This document shows, piece after piece, positions 14,001-29,000 of a stretch of 64,000 nt of DNA. The notes under the pieces were generated by a model. The model was not told the DNA's origin. It ran no database searches and saw only the letters and a program-made list of their open reading frames with translations. The stretch is from Priapulus caudatus (lineage: Eukaryota). The stretch is taken from NCBI RefSeq assembly GCF_000485595.1, contig NW_014577087.1, positions 653,749 through 717,748 of the forward strand, written 5' to 3'. How positions within the stretch are numbered: the first letter of the stretch is position 1; every line of letters begins with the position of its first letter. The translations under genes and the position numbers were made by a program.

Positions 14001-17000
14001 TGTTACTTCTAAAGACACTGCTGATCACACATGTATCAACTGCTTTTTAAATTACTGATCTGTGCCTACCTTTGCCCCACCTTGCTGCACTAGATACCCT
14101 CTATGTTCCTTGTTTTCTGTCTATTGTGAAGAACACCCTGCGAAATAAGAAAGTAATCACAAGTCAATCAAATAAATCAGTCAACATTCTTCACTGCAAA
14201 TACCTAGAATGTAGCTGATATCTGACTAACTCACCCAGTTACTTATTTCCATGGCCAATTAAAAGTAATTGGCTGCAGAAAAGTAATAGTAAAGTGTTGA
14301 TAACACAGTGAATGTAAACATGTGACATTAACTACGTTACAAAAGATTTGTCTATGAAAGTGATTCGGTATCAGTATATTCATTATTTTGCCGTTTTTAT
14401 GTAGGCTTCAGCTGGTTTTAAAAATCCAGCTAATTGGCACCTGTCTGGTCCAAGCTTGCTAGATTAGTGAAGAGTAACACTGCAACCATTTTACCTGGTT
14501 ATGGCACCTACCTCATGAAGGAACTGTAATTATCTAACCACGCTATCTATCTAGCTCAGTTATAAACGCAGCGCGTTTACAGACCTGGCTATTATTCATT
14601 AGTTGTCTGACTCTTTGTTTTCTGCACATTCCCACAAGAGAGCTCACTATTCCGCACTTGACCAAGATGGAGACCCTGTCCACGTACTCCTTCTCATCCT
14701 GCAAGTGGATTTTAACGAAGATGGTGGCGCCACTGAATATGCAGAAACATAGTAAATACTGAGCTAAAAAATACTAAGAAACAATAAATACCATCAAATA
14801 AAAACTACACATCTTCGACTGCCGACAAGAAATGTCGTAAAGTAACGAGAATAAAAAATCCTAGCAAATTTCCTCGTACCTCTACGAAATAAAATCAAGT
14901 CGACACTATGAGAAAAAGTTGATGTTAACGTTAATGACAAATTTTTGTTCAGCTGGCAACGGGCGCCACGACGTTACATAGAATCACACATACCAGTACA
15001 TCTTCCTCGGGGACGTGGCGCTTGGCAAATTTGGCAAGTTCGACCATCTCGGGTACACCTCCTGCTTGTCGTACTGTTGGTGAGGTTGACAAAGACAGAG
15101 GACACGCCGTAGACTCCCATCTCGTCCGTGTGCTACAAAACACAAAATGTGTGGATTTAGTACCAGCAGGTATCATCAGGTAACCGACCATCGGGGGTGC
15201 TCTTAAATTAAATGACCTCTTATATTGCCTAATATGGTATCTTCATGGTGAATTGGTAAGCAAGTATAATTAAATTCTAGATGGACTTGCGGCCCGGTTT
15301 ATGCGCCCAGCGCTTAGCGCCACGGCGAGCCGCGCCCAACAGCGAATACGCCGCCCCCTTATTGTCCATTAGACAGATAACTTAGACAGGGTCTGAAAAC
15401 AAATCCGCGAAAACTGGGCGAATCCAACCGAACATTTCGCGACTCGACGCCTAGAGCCATCTCCACACGGCCCTAAACATTTTGGGGGTGGCGCGCCGCT
15501 CGAGGGTAAGATGTAGTGGCTCCCTACAAGAAATGCAGTCAATCAGCCACCACACGCTCGCTCATTGCCGCACGCGATTACGTGGGCACTGGCCGAGTAT
15601 AGCGTCATTCTGATCATCAGAGGTTTTACACGAAGACGCGTACGGCGCTCCACGTGGGTCGCGCGTCTAGATGCTATCTCCAAACCGCCGCCGCGGCGGC
15701 CAGGTTTTACCAACTCCTCACCACCGGCGCTGCCGCCGTGGCGACGGCACGTCGTGCGAGCACGTGCTGGCGGTGCCGTGGCAGTTTTTACAAGTAGCTA
15801 ATGCTACGTACACGTACATACTGGCCCTGTGCGCAGCGCGCCCATGCAGCCAGGCAAAGCAAGCAGCAGCAAAGAAATACTGGCCCATGCAGCAGCAGCA
15901 GCAAGCAATACTGGCCCCTGCTGCAGCGCGCTCCTGCAGCAGCAAACCAGCAGCAGCACCAAAATACTGGTCCCTGCTGCAGCGCGAACCCTGGAGCAGC
16001 AAAGCAGCAGCAGCAGAAATGCCCTCCCCCCTAAAGGCCGCCGTAGCCAAGCCGTGTACGTCGTGACGAAACTGCGCGATGTTACGCTGCCCGCTATAAC
16101 CGATCTCGTGCGCACCGCCCTCGCCTTCGCGCGCGAATTCGTATAGCGGGCAGCGCGAGATGCTACATACAACACCCGCGGTCGCATGCACCAGTCCGCG
16201 GAAGTGTGTGGCTTAACCGCTCTTGCGGTCAAGGAACAACGCGTTTTTGCGCAAACGCCATCTGTACCGCCTCTCTGGACGTGATGCGGCCATGATGCCG
16301 AGGCGCCGCCGAGATTGACACTTGTGTCTTTCAATCAGTCTATGCGCACCCCTCTATATTAAACTTCTAGGTAAATAGCATTAGAGCACGGAATCGCCGA
16401 TCTCAGGAACTAGGGCATTCTGCTAGACTAGAACGGTTTCCTACGATAGAGTTTGGCACAAATACGAAAATAACACGCTGTTTAGCGCACTGCGCTAGTA
16501 CTTATAGTTATGTTGCATTTTCCCATCTCCGTAATTAATAATAAGCGCCCGCCTTCTTCGTTGATGGACATGAATGGGGTGTGACCGACGTTACCAGTTC
16601 TTGTACCTACCGTCGTTCCCACAGCCTATTTACTTTTCGTAAATAATGAAATCCCCGGGCCGATGCATTTCGCATCGAAGAGAAAATTTTTCCGCATTTT
16701 TCACTCGTTGTCGAAGTGAACGAGTGCGTCATTCATTGAACAATTAAGCAAAACGGTTAGGGTTATATCACATCCCTCACAGCAAGCTATCCAGAAACCA
16801 CCGCACCGATGCATGTATGCATGTATGCATGGCACATCCATAATATATATATTCCAATACCGCTGAATAGCCGAGCTGGTAAAGCGGCTGGCGTTACGTC
16901 TGAAGATCGTTAGTTCGAACCCCATCTGTTTATTTATTTTTTATTTTTTTCTATCTTTTCCATTTTAACTATTTTTCCCATTAACGCAAATATTTACATG

Positions 17001-20000
17001 ATTTATTTACACAACAATTTAATTTTAAAAATTTATTTTTAAATTTAATTACATTTATTAGTGTTAATTAAATTTAATTAGGGTTAAGGTTAGGGTTAGG
17101 GAGTAGGGGCGTAGGCTGCGGTGGTTTCTGGGATAGGACCTGCTGTGAGGGGTGTGATTATGTCGGACTCTTATCATATCGTTATAACCTCCTAGTCCTA
17201 TATCATTAATTAAATCCCCTAGGTATGAATATTTGGTGCATTTTTTTATTACTCGTTGCCTATTAATATCTCCTTCTCTATCCTTTCTTTTAAATTGTTT
17301 GTGAATTTTATAACCATTGTATTTGTTTTGTTCATATTAAATTCTAATCTTTTTGATTCAGCTAATCTGGAGCATGACTGAGCGATTTTTGTTACTGGTT
17401 TGATAATCTCCAATTCCTAGAATATCGTCCATATATAATCCATTGTCATCTTCTAAAACACAGACCATCCGCCTGACCGCTGTGGAGACATGCGCCGGAC
17501 CTCGAATTGGCGCAGCGACGTCTCCACTGCGGACAAGCGCTTCATACTTGCGAAACTGCTCGTCTCATCCGCGCGCAGCGCTTAGGATCAACAGCAAAGC
17601 TATGCCACGCAATCTTGTATCATGTCTCTCTGGATTTAACTGCACGCACAGTATATCCATCTACATTACAAACCACAACAATAACAATGACTAACAAGTG
17701 CCGCGGAGTGTTTAAGTGTCTTCAGATTAAAGATGGAAGCCCCATCGTACGTAGTAGCAACAACTATTGCGCAAAACAGAATACAGGTAAGCACTCATCC
17801 ATTTACCTATGCAAGCCTACAGGCTCAAATAGAGAGCTGCCACCTGTAACTAATTACAACAGCAAAAAACTACACAGTACCACCACCACATGCACTGCAG
17901 TGGCCACTGGCAGTGGCATACGTTACATGTAACACACTGACAGTACAGAATGCCATAGAAATTATACGATTTAAAGGAGCATAAACTTCTTCAACCAAAT
18001 TTAGCTTTTGAAATTTCACTGTGACATTGTAGCCTCATACATCCAGGCATGTAAATATTCTACTAGCAAACGGGCAGTCAATTCTTTCTAATAGTAACAG
18101 TAAACAAATCCATGTTTAACCCACCTCTTGAGGGTCAAAAGGTATCACCGACACTTACTCTTCGCGACGTCAGCAGAAGAAAGTACATTTCATGGTCCTT
18201 TCAATAAAGCCATAAAAATGCTAGGTCACCGCTGAAAGAAAAAAGTTTTTCAGTCGCTCCGTCAGACCATGTCCTCGAGAAATATCTAAAATCTGCCCTG
18301 TGCCCCATTGACCTTGACCTGTGACCTCAAATTTCGGCACAGTGATGGCTTTTCCTACCATGATGCTATACACCGACTATCACAAGCCTAGGTCGAGCCG
18401 TTTAGATTTGTGCCGCAATTCTGCATTTCCTCCTATACCTTAAGTTAAGGAGGGAATGATCCTTCTTTTACACTTCTTGACCTTTGACCTTTGACCCCCA
18501 GCATCGGACATCCCAACTCGTTTTCGATTACCCCCCCCCCACCCCCCACGTTCCGAATATCGTGACCGTACGTCGAGCAGTTAAATTTGTGCCCAACTGT
18601 GACGGACGGATGCACGACGTACGGACGCTACGGCCGNNNNNNNNNNNNNNNNNNNNNNNNNTTCAGGCGGGGACGTTGCCGGCGCTGGCAAATTTGGCAA
18701 GTCGACCATCTCGCGGTAGCACCTCCTGCTTGTCGTAGCTGTTGGTGAGGTTGACAAAGACAGAAGACACGCCGTAGACTCCCATCTCGTCCGTGTGCTA
18801 CAAAAACACAAAATGTGTGGGATTTAGTACAGCAGGCTTATCATCAGGTAACCGACCTGGGGTGCTCTTAAATTAAATGACCTCTTATATTGCCTAATAT
18901 GGTATCTTCATGGTGAATTGGTAAGCAAGTATAAATTCTAGATGGACTTGCGGCCCGGTTATTGCGCACAGCGCTTAGCGTGCGGCGAGGCCGTGCCCCA
19001 ACAGCGAATACGCCGCCCCCTTATTGTCCACTTAGACAGATAACTTAGACAGGGGTCTGAAAACAAACTCCGCGAAAACTGGGCGGAATCCACACCGACA
19101 TTTCGCGATCGACGCGCTAGAGGCATCTCCACACGGCCCCTAAACATTTTTGGGGGGTGCGCGCGCCTCGAGGGTAAGATGTAGTGCGCTCCTACAAGAA
19201 ATGCAGTCAATCAGCGCACCACACGCTCGCTCATTGCCGCTACGCGATTACGTGGGCTACTGCCGAGTATAGCGTCATGTCTATCAACAGAGGTTTTACA
19301 CGAAGACGCGTACGGCGCTCCACGTGGGCGGGTGCGCGCGTCTAGATGCTATCTCCAAAACGCGCGCGGCGGCAGGTTTTACCAACTCCTCACCCCGGCG
19401 CTGCCCGTGGCGACGGCACGTCGTGCGAGCACGTGCTGGCTGGCCGTGCAGTTTTTACAAGTAGCTAATGCTACGTACACGTACATACTGGCCCCTGCTG
19501 CAGCGCGCCCATGCCAGCAGCAAAGCAAGCAGCAGCAAAGAAATACTGGCCCATGCAGGCAGGCAGCAGCAAGCAATACTGGCCCCTGCTGCAGCGCCGC
19601 TCCTGCAGCAGCAAACCAGCAGCAGCACCAAATACTGGTCCCTGCTGCAGCGCGAACCCTGGAGCAGCAAAGCAGCAGCAGCAGGAAATGCCCTCCCCCT
19701 AAGGCCGCCGTAAGCCAAGCCGGTGTACGTCTGTGACGAAAACTGCGCGCATGTGTACGCTGCCCGCTATTACGGATTTCGTGCAGCCCGCCCTCCTTCG
19801 GCTGCGCTCGCGCCGTCGCGGGCGCGCTCTGCGCGCCCCCGGGCGCGGCGCGGCCCGGCCCGCGCTCCTGGCGGCCCGCGCGGCGGGGCGCGCGCGGGCC
19901 GGGCTCGGCGGGCTGGGTCCCCGGCGCGCCTGCCCGTGGGCCCGGCGAGCCGGGGGCGCGGGCGCCGGCGCCGTCAGTTCGTATCTCCACGCGGGGGCGG

Positions 20001-23000
20001 CCCCAGGCGCGCCGCGGATCGTGATCGGCTGCGGTCGAGGCGAAGGTGACACCACCGCGCCGGCCGCGCCGGGCGTCCGCGGCGGCGGGGGCTCGCTGGG
20101 GCGCCGGGCGGTGCGGGCATGCACCCGAGGGTCGCCGCGGAACGTTGGGTGGTGGCGGCTTTAACGGCCGGGTATTTGGGTGGGGGTCAGAGGAGACAAC
20201 GCGGCTTTTTGCGCAACTGCCCATCTTGTAGCTGCCCGGCGGGTGCTCTCGCTGGACGGTGGATGCCGGCCATGATGCGCGGTATGGCGCGCCGGAGGAG
20301 TTGACACGTTTGGCGCGCTGTCTTATCACATCAGTTCTATGCCGACCCGTCTATTATAACTTCTAGGGGCGCTATAATAGCATCGTACGAGCACGGAATC
20401 GTGCCGCGACTTCTCAGGAACTGAGCGGCATTCTGCTGAGACTAGAACGGTTTCGTACCGAGTTAGAGTTAGGCACAAATACGAATAGGTAAACAGCGCG
20501 CGCTGTTTAGCCCGCACTGCGCTAGGGGCGGTACTTATAGTTTATGTTGGCAAATTGTTCCCATCTCCGTAGTTAGTCAAGTAAGGCCGCACGCCTTCTT
20601 CGTTGCGATGGACGACTGGAATGGCGGCGTGGTGACCGAACGGTTACGCAGGTTCTGTGTAGGCCTACCGTCCGTTCCCACGCCTATTTACTTTTGTTCC
20701 TGTAAGTAATGAATGCGTGGCCCGCCGCCGGGGGCCACCGGGCCCCGAGTGCATTTCGCGATCGGGGAAGGGTAGGTGAATGATTTGGTCGGGCCTTTGG
20801 TTTCACGTGCCGTGTGCTCGGCGATAGTGGCTCGGGCCGTGACACGAGGGTCCTGCCGTCGGTGCCGTCATTGCATTGTGAAACAGGTTAAGCAAAACGG
20901 GTGCCTAGGGTTATATCCACAGTGTCCCTCACAGCAAGCTATTCCCAGGAAGGGACCATCCCGCACCGATGGCAGTGCGTATGGCATGTCGATTGCCATG
21001 GGCGCAGCATCGCATAATATATAAGTCCGCGAATACGGCGCTGAATAGCCGACTGGGTAAGAGCGGCTGGCGTTACGTCTGAAGGCATCGTGCCCTAGGG
21101 TTCGACACGGGCCCATCTGGCTTCGGTATTTATTTTTTCTTAGTTTTTGGGTGCCCTATCTGGTGTCATCCTTTAACTATTTTTTCCCCAATTTAACGCA
21201 AATATTTACGATGATTGTATTGGTTACACAACAATTTAATTTTTTAAAATTTATTTTTAAATGTAATTAATTTATAGTGTTAATTTAAATTTAATTAGGT
21301 GTTAAGGTTAGGGTTAGGGCAGTAGGCGTAGGCTGCGTGGTTCTGGAGATAGGACGCTGCTCGTGGAGGGGGTGTGATTCTGATGTTCGGACTCTTATGC
21401 ATCGATCGTTATAAGGCCTCCCTAGCTGCCTAGTGAGTCATCACGTTAAATCCCTATGGGGGGCGTCGGCCTGCTGCCTATGATATTTTGGGTTGCATTT
21501 TTTTCAATTAGCTTGGTCCTATTGAAGTATCTCCTTCTGCTCTATCGCTTTTCTTTTAACGGATTGTGTTATTCTCTACGGAAGATGTACTGGTATGTGT
21601 GATTCTATGTAACGTCGTGGCGCCCGTTGCCAGTAACAAAATTTGTATTAACGTTAACATCAACTTTTCTCGTAGTGTCGACTTAATTTTATTTCGTAGA
21701 GGTACGAGGAAATTTGCTAGGATTTTTTATTCTCGTTACTTTACGACATTTCTGTCGGCAGTCGAATGATGTGTAGTTTTTATTATGGTTTTACATTGTT
21801 CTTAGTATTAGTTTTAGCTCAGTATTTACTACTGTTTCTGCATTGTCAGTGCGCCACCATCTTCGTTAAAATCACTTGCAGGATGAGAAGGAGTACGTGG
21901 ACAAGCGCGTCTCCATCTTGGTCAAGTGCGGAATAGTGAGCTCTCTTGTGGGAATGTGCAAGAAGACAAAGAGTCAGACAACTAATGAACTAATAGCCAG
22001 GTCTGTAAACGGCTGCGTTTATAACTGAGCTAGATAGATAGCGTGGTTAGATAATTACAGTTCCTTCATGAGGTAGGTGCCATAACCAGGTAAAAATGGT
22101 TGCAGGTTACTCTTCACTAATCTAGCAAGCTTGGGACCAGACAGGTGCCAGATTAGTGGATTTTTAGAACCAGTGAAGCCTAGATTAAAAACGGCAAAAT
22201 AATGAATATACTGATACCGATACAACTTTCATAGACATAAATCTTTTGTAACGTAGTTAATGTCACATGTTTACATTTCACTGTGTTATCAACACTTGTA
22301 CTATTACTTTTCTGCAGCCAATTACTTTTAACTTGGCCATGGAAATAAGTAACTGGGTGAGTTAAGTCAGATAATCAGTACATTCTAGGTATTTGCAGTG
22401 ACAGAATGTTGACTTATTTGATTGACTTGTGATTACTTTCTTATTCGCAGGGTGTTCTTCACAATAGCAGAAAACAAGGAACATAGAGGGTATCTAGTGC
22501 AGCAAGGTGGGGCAAAGGTAGGCACAGATCAGTAATTTAAAAAGCATGTGATACATGTGTGCAGCAGGTGTCTTTAGAAGTAACAGACAACAACTTCAAG
22601 CATACAATTTGTATGTTTGTGATAATATTAATAACTGTGTCCCTTATGCCCCAGTCACACATACACGACGCACGGCCCGGGCCGCGCACTGAAAATTAAT
22701 AAAAAAATGGAAAATAGATCAGTGCGTCGTTGTGCGCCCAACTTTTGTCAAGATTTGGGAGAAGCTAGCGAGTTGACAACGAATGCTCAGCGTGTTGCTA
22801 GCGCGCTGCGCGTATACAGGGCGCATATATACAGAGCGTATACAGGGAGCACATGTTAAAAAATCCAACGAATGCACAGCGTGTTGCTAGCGCGCTGCGC
22901 GTATACAGGGCGCATATNNNNNNNNNNNNNNNNNNNNNNNNNNNNNNNNNNNNNNNNNNNNNNNNNNNNNNNNNNNNNNNNNNNNNNNNNNNNNNNNNNN

Positions 23001-26000
23001 NNNNNNNNNNNNNNNNNNNNNNNNNNNNNNNNNNNNNNNNNNNNNNNNNNNNNNNNNNNNNNNNNNNNNNNNNNNNNNNNNNNNNNNNNNNNNNNNNNNN
23101 NNNNNNNNNNNNNNNNNNNNNNNNNNNNNNNNNNNNNNNNNNNNNNNNNNNNNNNNNNNNNNNNNNNNNNNNNNNNNNNNNNNNNNNNNNNNNNNNNNNN
23201 NNNNNNNNNNNNNNNNNNNNNNNNNNNNGTAGCTGGTCATAGAGGCCAAACTGTCGTCGCCTACCGATCCACGGTCGGACCCAGAACCTCCGTTGACCTC
23301 TTCTCTTTCTCCTTCTCCTGATGACATGGACTTGGTGAAGTGCCAGTTCCATGAGGTTCTGCTAATGTTGGAGAACCGCGATTTCGTATTGTAGTCGCAG
23401 CCTGTCGGGATCCTCCATCTTCTGAGGTGGTTCTTCTAGACACGATCAGCAGGAATCTCTGTCATCACCCATGAGGGTCGGAGGAGAAGTGATGATGAGG
23501 AGGTGGGGCGGGACCCGTTTATATACCGTACACGCTAGGAACACGCTAGAAGAACGCTGGGCGCGCTACAGACTCGTTCAGCACTCGTTCAGCACGCCCA
23601 TATTCGCTGCATGTTCGCTGGACATGCGTTAGAAGCATGCTAGGTGTGCGCTATAGGTGTGCGCTAAATGTTTGCTAGACCTCAGCCGACGAACATACAA
23701 CGAATACCCATCGTGTGCTCCGCGTGGGTCTGGCGTTGGTCCAGCGTGCTCTGCGCGTGTCTGGCGTCCTTCTGGCGTGTACATTCATGCGTCGAGCTCC
23801 GCGCACAATTTTGTGCATGCACAAAAATCCCGACGCACACGACGCGCACGAGCGAATGACAACGAATGCATAGCGTTGGTCCAGCGCGCTCGACGAACGA
23901 GTAACGAATGCTGACGCACACCCAGCGAACGACAACGCACTGGCCAAAATTGCTAATTTTTCAGTGCGCGGGCCGGGCCGTGCGTCGTGTATGTGTGACT
24001 GGGCCTTTAGTAAAAAAACAGCAGTTAAATATAATTTTTTGTGAATTGTAATCATGTGCAACGTTTATTCATATAAAGTTTGCTTGTTACTCTAACCAAC
24101 CCTTAAATGTTGGTTCACTTATTGCAAACGAGAGAGCTTGTAATCGTGGCTTTCTAGTTCATTGCTTAGTGCAGTGTATTTTTAAGTAAATTTGGACGAA
24201 TGTTTCAGGCATTACTGCCACTAACAAAAGATAACACATCGGAGGGAAAGAAGTTTGCTGCTCATGGACTGGCAAGAATCGGCATAACGACCAACCCTGA
24301 AAATGCGTTTCCTGGGCAGAGGGTAAGTCCATCTGCTTATAACATGTGTAAATTTTTGCAAAACTTCATTATTATTTATTCAACACTACTGAAATACTGA
24401 AATTCTCAAACATGTTATTTTATGGCAAGGATTTTAATTTTATTTATTTATGTAAATATGCTCGTATGAGTTTCGTTGGCAACATATATATATNNNNNNN
24501 NNNATTGGGGAAAATAGTTAAATGGATAAAGATAAAAAAATAAAAAATAAAACATGGCATTCGAACTAACGATCTTCAGACGTAACGCCAGCCGCTTTAC
24601 CAGCTCGGCTATTCAGCGGTATTGGAATTATATATTATGGATGTGCCATGCATACATGCATACATGCATCGATGCGGTGGTTTCTGGGATAGCTTGCTGT
24701 GAGGGATGTGATATAACCCTAACCGTTTTGCTTAATTGTTCAATGAATGACGCACTCGTTCACTTCCGACAACAAGTGAAAATGCGGAAAATTTTCCTCT
24801 TCGATGCGAAATGCATCGGCCGGGCATTTCATTATTTACGAAAAGTAAATAGGCTGGGGAACGACGGTAGGTACAAGAACTGGTAACGTCGGTCACACCC
24901 CATTCATGTCCATCAACGAAGAAGGCGGGGCTTATTATAATTACGGAGATGGGAAAATGCAACATAACTATAAGTACCTAGCGCAGTGCGCTAAACAGCG
25001 TGTTATTTTCGTATTTGTGCCAAACTCTATCGTAGGAAACCGTTCTAGTCTAGCAGAATGCCCTAGTTCCTGAGATCGGCGATTCCGTGCTCTAATGCTA
25101 TTATACCTAGAAGTTATAATAGAGGGGTGCGGCGTAGACTGTGATTGAAAGACACAAAGTGTCAATCCTCGGCGCGCCTCGGCATCATGGCCGCATCACG
25201 TCCAGAGAGACCGGGTACAAGATGGCGTTGCGCAAAAAACGCGTTGTTCCTTGACCGCCAAGAGCGGTTAAGCCGCACACTTCCGCGGGACTGGGTGCAT
25301 GCGACCGCGGGGTGTTGTATGTAGCATCTCGCGCTGCCCGCTATACGAATTCGCGCGCCGAAGGAGGGCGGGCGCACGAATCCGTATAGCGGGCAGCGTA
25401 ACATCGCGCAGTTTTCGTCACAGACGTACACCGGCTTGGCTACGGCGGCCTTAGGGGGGAGGGCATTTCCTGCTGCTGCTGCTTTGCTGCTCCAGGGTCG
25501 CGCTGCAGCAGGGACCAGTATTTGGTGCTGCTGCTGGTTTGCTGCTGCAGGAGCGCGCTGCAGCAGGGGCCAGTATTAGAAATTCTCAAACATGTTATTT
25601 TATGGCAAGGATTTTAATTTTATTTATTTATGTAAATATGCTCGTATGAGTTTCGTTGGCAACATATTTATATGTATTATTATATATACATGTATATATA
25701 TATATATAATATTATATATATATATATTAGCGTGGTTATAGCTATCTGTGAAGGCATCTGTGTTTCTTGCATGACCGACGGGAATTCTCGTGTTGTTGCA
25801 ATGGCAGGCATGTGAAGTCGTGCGTCCACTCATTGGCCTGCTGCACCCAGACCACACTGGACTCGCTAACTTTGAGGCACTGATGGCTCTCACCAACCTG
25901 GCTGCCCTCAGCGCAAGCGTTAGGTAGTGTGTTTGCGTAGACCTGCTTGCATAAAATTGTAAAGGCCTAGGCGTTCTAGTCAGAGTTTATTTCAAATACA

Positions 26001-29000
26001 GGACATGAAGTGAAGATTTAGCCGTGCAATTACTGCCTTTAGAGATTTGCGTTACATTAATTATTTATTATTGCAGTAATACCACGCATTACGACTACTC
26101 TGCTTTGGTAAATTTGTCTGTAAGTTATTTGCAAAATATAACCACTAATCTCGAGATGCGAAATGTAACATCGCTCTTACGAAATTGTTCACGATCTTTC
26201 AAAGCGGAATATTTTACACAAAAAGTGGTGTGCTCAATTACCATAAATAAAGTTTATGTAATACATGTTGCAGCCAAATACCAAAACATTGGGCAGGTTA
26301 TTTTTGCTACATGTAATTTACCACTCTTGCATTAGGCATTTGGACCTAGACATGCTTTATTTATTAAATGTGCGTGTTCCTGCAATCAGTCCTCTCTGCA
26401 TCCAGTATTATATCACTACCAGTTCGCAATTAACTTGGCTACTACGGCTACAGTGAGCTGACAAATATAAGGTCCGTTTACTACAGATAAGTTTTGGCCT
26501 CCAGTACAGAGCCTGAAACACTCAAATCCAACAGTGATATAGAGAACGAAAGTAAGCCAGCTGATAACAGTGCCCCTCCCCAGTGCTACATCTCCCTCCC
26601 AGTATTATAATGATACAAAGCTTTACCATTAAATAACGTACCGGTACATTTAAACATGTTTACCAACATTACTAGTCATCTTTCTAGTCTTTTCTCAAGA
26701 GGACATGGGAATATCGTTAAGAATGGATGAGATAGATGTAATCACACCAATCGACGATTCTCGATGCAGGCAAAAGATACTGAAGGAAGAAGGCTTCTCA
26801 AAGATCGAGCACTGGTGTTTTGAGGAGCACGAGTTGATCAGGCGGGCGGCCACACAGTGCATGCTGAACCTGATGCAGTGCAAAGAGGTACCGATGTTAT
26901 TCAACGTCGTCAAAACTCTTCATTTTTACAGTTGCTAAACGGTTAACATGGTTAACCCACAGTTAATACAGTTGTAAAGCTATGACCGAGTGGCTGAACA
27001 CACGTGTGTACCGAAATCTGGTTGGTTTATTCAAATTGGGTGACTTTGTATTTCCTAAAAATATCTGATTGGTTAGTTGGATAACTCCATGAAATACTGA
27101 TGAACATGACGAAAGGATTATCAGTATGACCGACACCAGATGTCCTCGGTATATGGTTCGGCAATTTCTGTGGGAACAAACACATAAATTATTAATACAA
27201 TTTAGTACTCTCTGTATTCACTGGGACACACAAGTCAGTACTCTATTATAAAACCATATTTAAGAAAATATTAATATTAATTTTTAAAGAATTATGTATT
27301 AAAATAAAATTTATTATAATTATTAATAATATATCCGGTGTTATTAACAGGTAATATTAAAAATATTACTAATTAAAAAAAAATTGTATGTTAAAATAAT
27401 AAAAGTAAATTATAATGGCCATGATGGTGGGTTGACTTTACTCACCGGCGCGTTGGTTTTCCGGCGTCCCAGGTCGAGGAAATCTTCCTGAAGCCTGGCA
27501 GTGACCGTTTCAAGCTCATGCTGCTCTATGCTGGTGAGTTTGAGGACGACGTGGAGCTAGCGCTGGCTGGAGCCGCCATCATCGCAATGCTAACGACCGA
27601 CGAGAGATGCATCGAGAAGGTCAAGGAGGTAGGAAAACGCAGAGGCATTTTTCGCTGTTGATGAGGTCGGGGCTGTCTGACTATGGACCAACTACGATTG
27701 AGCTTTACTGTACCTATACTGTGTAACGCTAACCCTAAGCTGTCATATATATCATTTATTTTAGTCATCTCATAGTATATAGCTCCATCAAGCTATCATT
27801 TCCTAATCTCATATAGGCTGTAGGCCATACAGGGATATATGGTGTGGCCCGCAACTTATGGTATATGTTGACGTGGCCCACTGTGCTGAAGAAGTTTGGC
27901 CAGCCTGGTTTAGAGTGATAGCTACCAAGCTGTCACGCCGTCTTTTCGACTGCGCATTTTCGTACTAGACGGTTGATTTTACATCTATTGGCTGACAACA
28001 CCCTTGCACTTTATTCCATGAATGAACTTATGATATTCGTGATTGTTATTTCTTCTTCTTTTACTTTCCTTATTTTATAAACAATTAAAGGCCCATTTTT
28101 CGTGGGGCAGGCTCTCTTGGGCACCCATAGCATAGGACACAAAGGTTTGTCATTTGACACCCCCACGTTCTCAGTCTTAGCTAATACTCTTAGTTTCCTG
28201 CCATTGGACGTTAGCTTTCCCCAAGATGTCGAATATAAAATACGTTTAGTCGAGTGCAAATGTGTAATGCAATGATGTGACAGGGTATGACTTTTGCCAT
28301 GGCTGCAGTAGTAAGTGCCATACTTGTCCTCTTTACTTTCCACGTTTTTCAAAAATGGGACAATGTTCACAGCAGTAAACTACCGTGGCTGCACTATAGT
28401 TGCTTCCATGTCATACCCATGAATTTTATGCTGCTCGTACGTGTCCTCCCTATACCACAAAAAGTGTTGCAAAATGTAATTTACCTCCTTTGAAGGAAAA
28501 ATTAAACGTTTACCTTTGTGCCCCTGCAACTTTTGGAACAATTTGGCAAACAAGGCAACAATTTCCGTGCTTTAACGATATAAAACTAAGCGAAATAAAG
28601 ATGCTAAGATCTACATGATGTGTGGAAGTAACAACTTGTTAGCTTGTAGTTATGGCTTCCGAGCCAAGTTAGTTGCTATCACGGGGATCGCGTGATGATG
28701 AAGCTGAGATGCCCGTTGTCCGAAACGAAATTATTATTAACAGTAGTCATAACATTAACTTTTGCTCATAGACCGTAGACAGAAACAGGGTGAAGTTACG
28801 AGTTTCTCGTCCGCCGTGTGTAGAGAGACGTCCGGTCTACGAGAGAAAGTTTATGTTGAGAATAATTTCGTTTCTGACGACGTGCTCCATGTCTTTAATA
28901 TGGAATTACTCGCATGTTCACTCTGTATAGCTTATAAACTTATAAAGCGGAGCTAACTTGGTTAATTATGTTGCGCTACGTCAGGTATTCAGCAGTATGG

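Noticed and set aside
15800..16030. CAG-rich polyQ/polyA/polyS ORFs
   Set aside because: Short internal repeats of a repeated intronic segment; no frame is conserved between the three copies and there is no splice support.
16860..16925. Functional tRNA gene
   Set aside because: A and B boxes are present, but the acceptor and anticodon stems do not pair convincingly. Treated as tRNA-derived repeat sequence.
19800..20110. Extremely GC-rich ORF-bearing stretch (316-aa minus ORF) resembling a CpG island or viral gene
   Set aside because: It is present only in the noisiest of three copies of the same segment, next to an N gap, and is most consistent with low-quality long-read sequence.
22918..23228. 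ORFs spanning poly-X
   Set aside because: Artefacts of the N gap.
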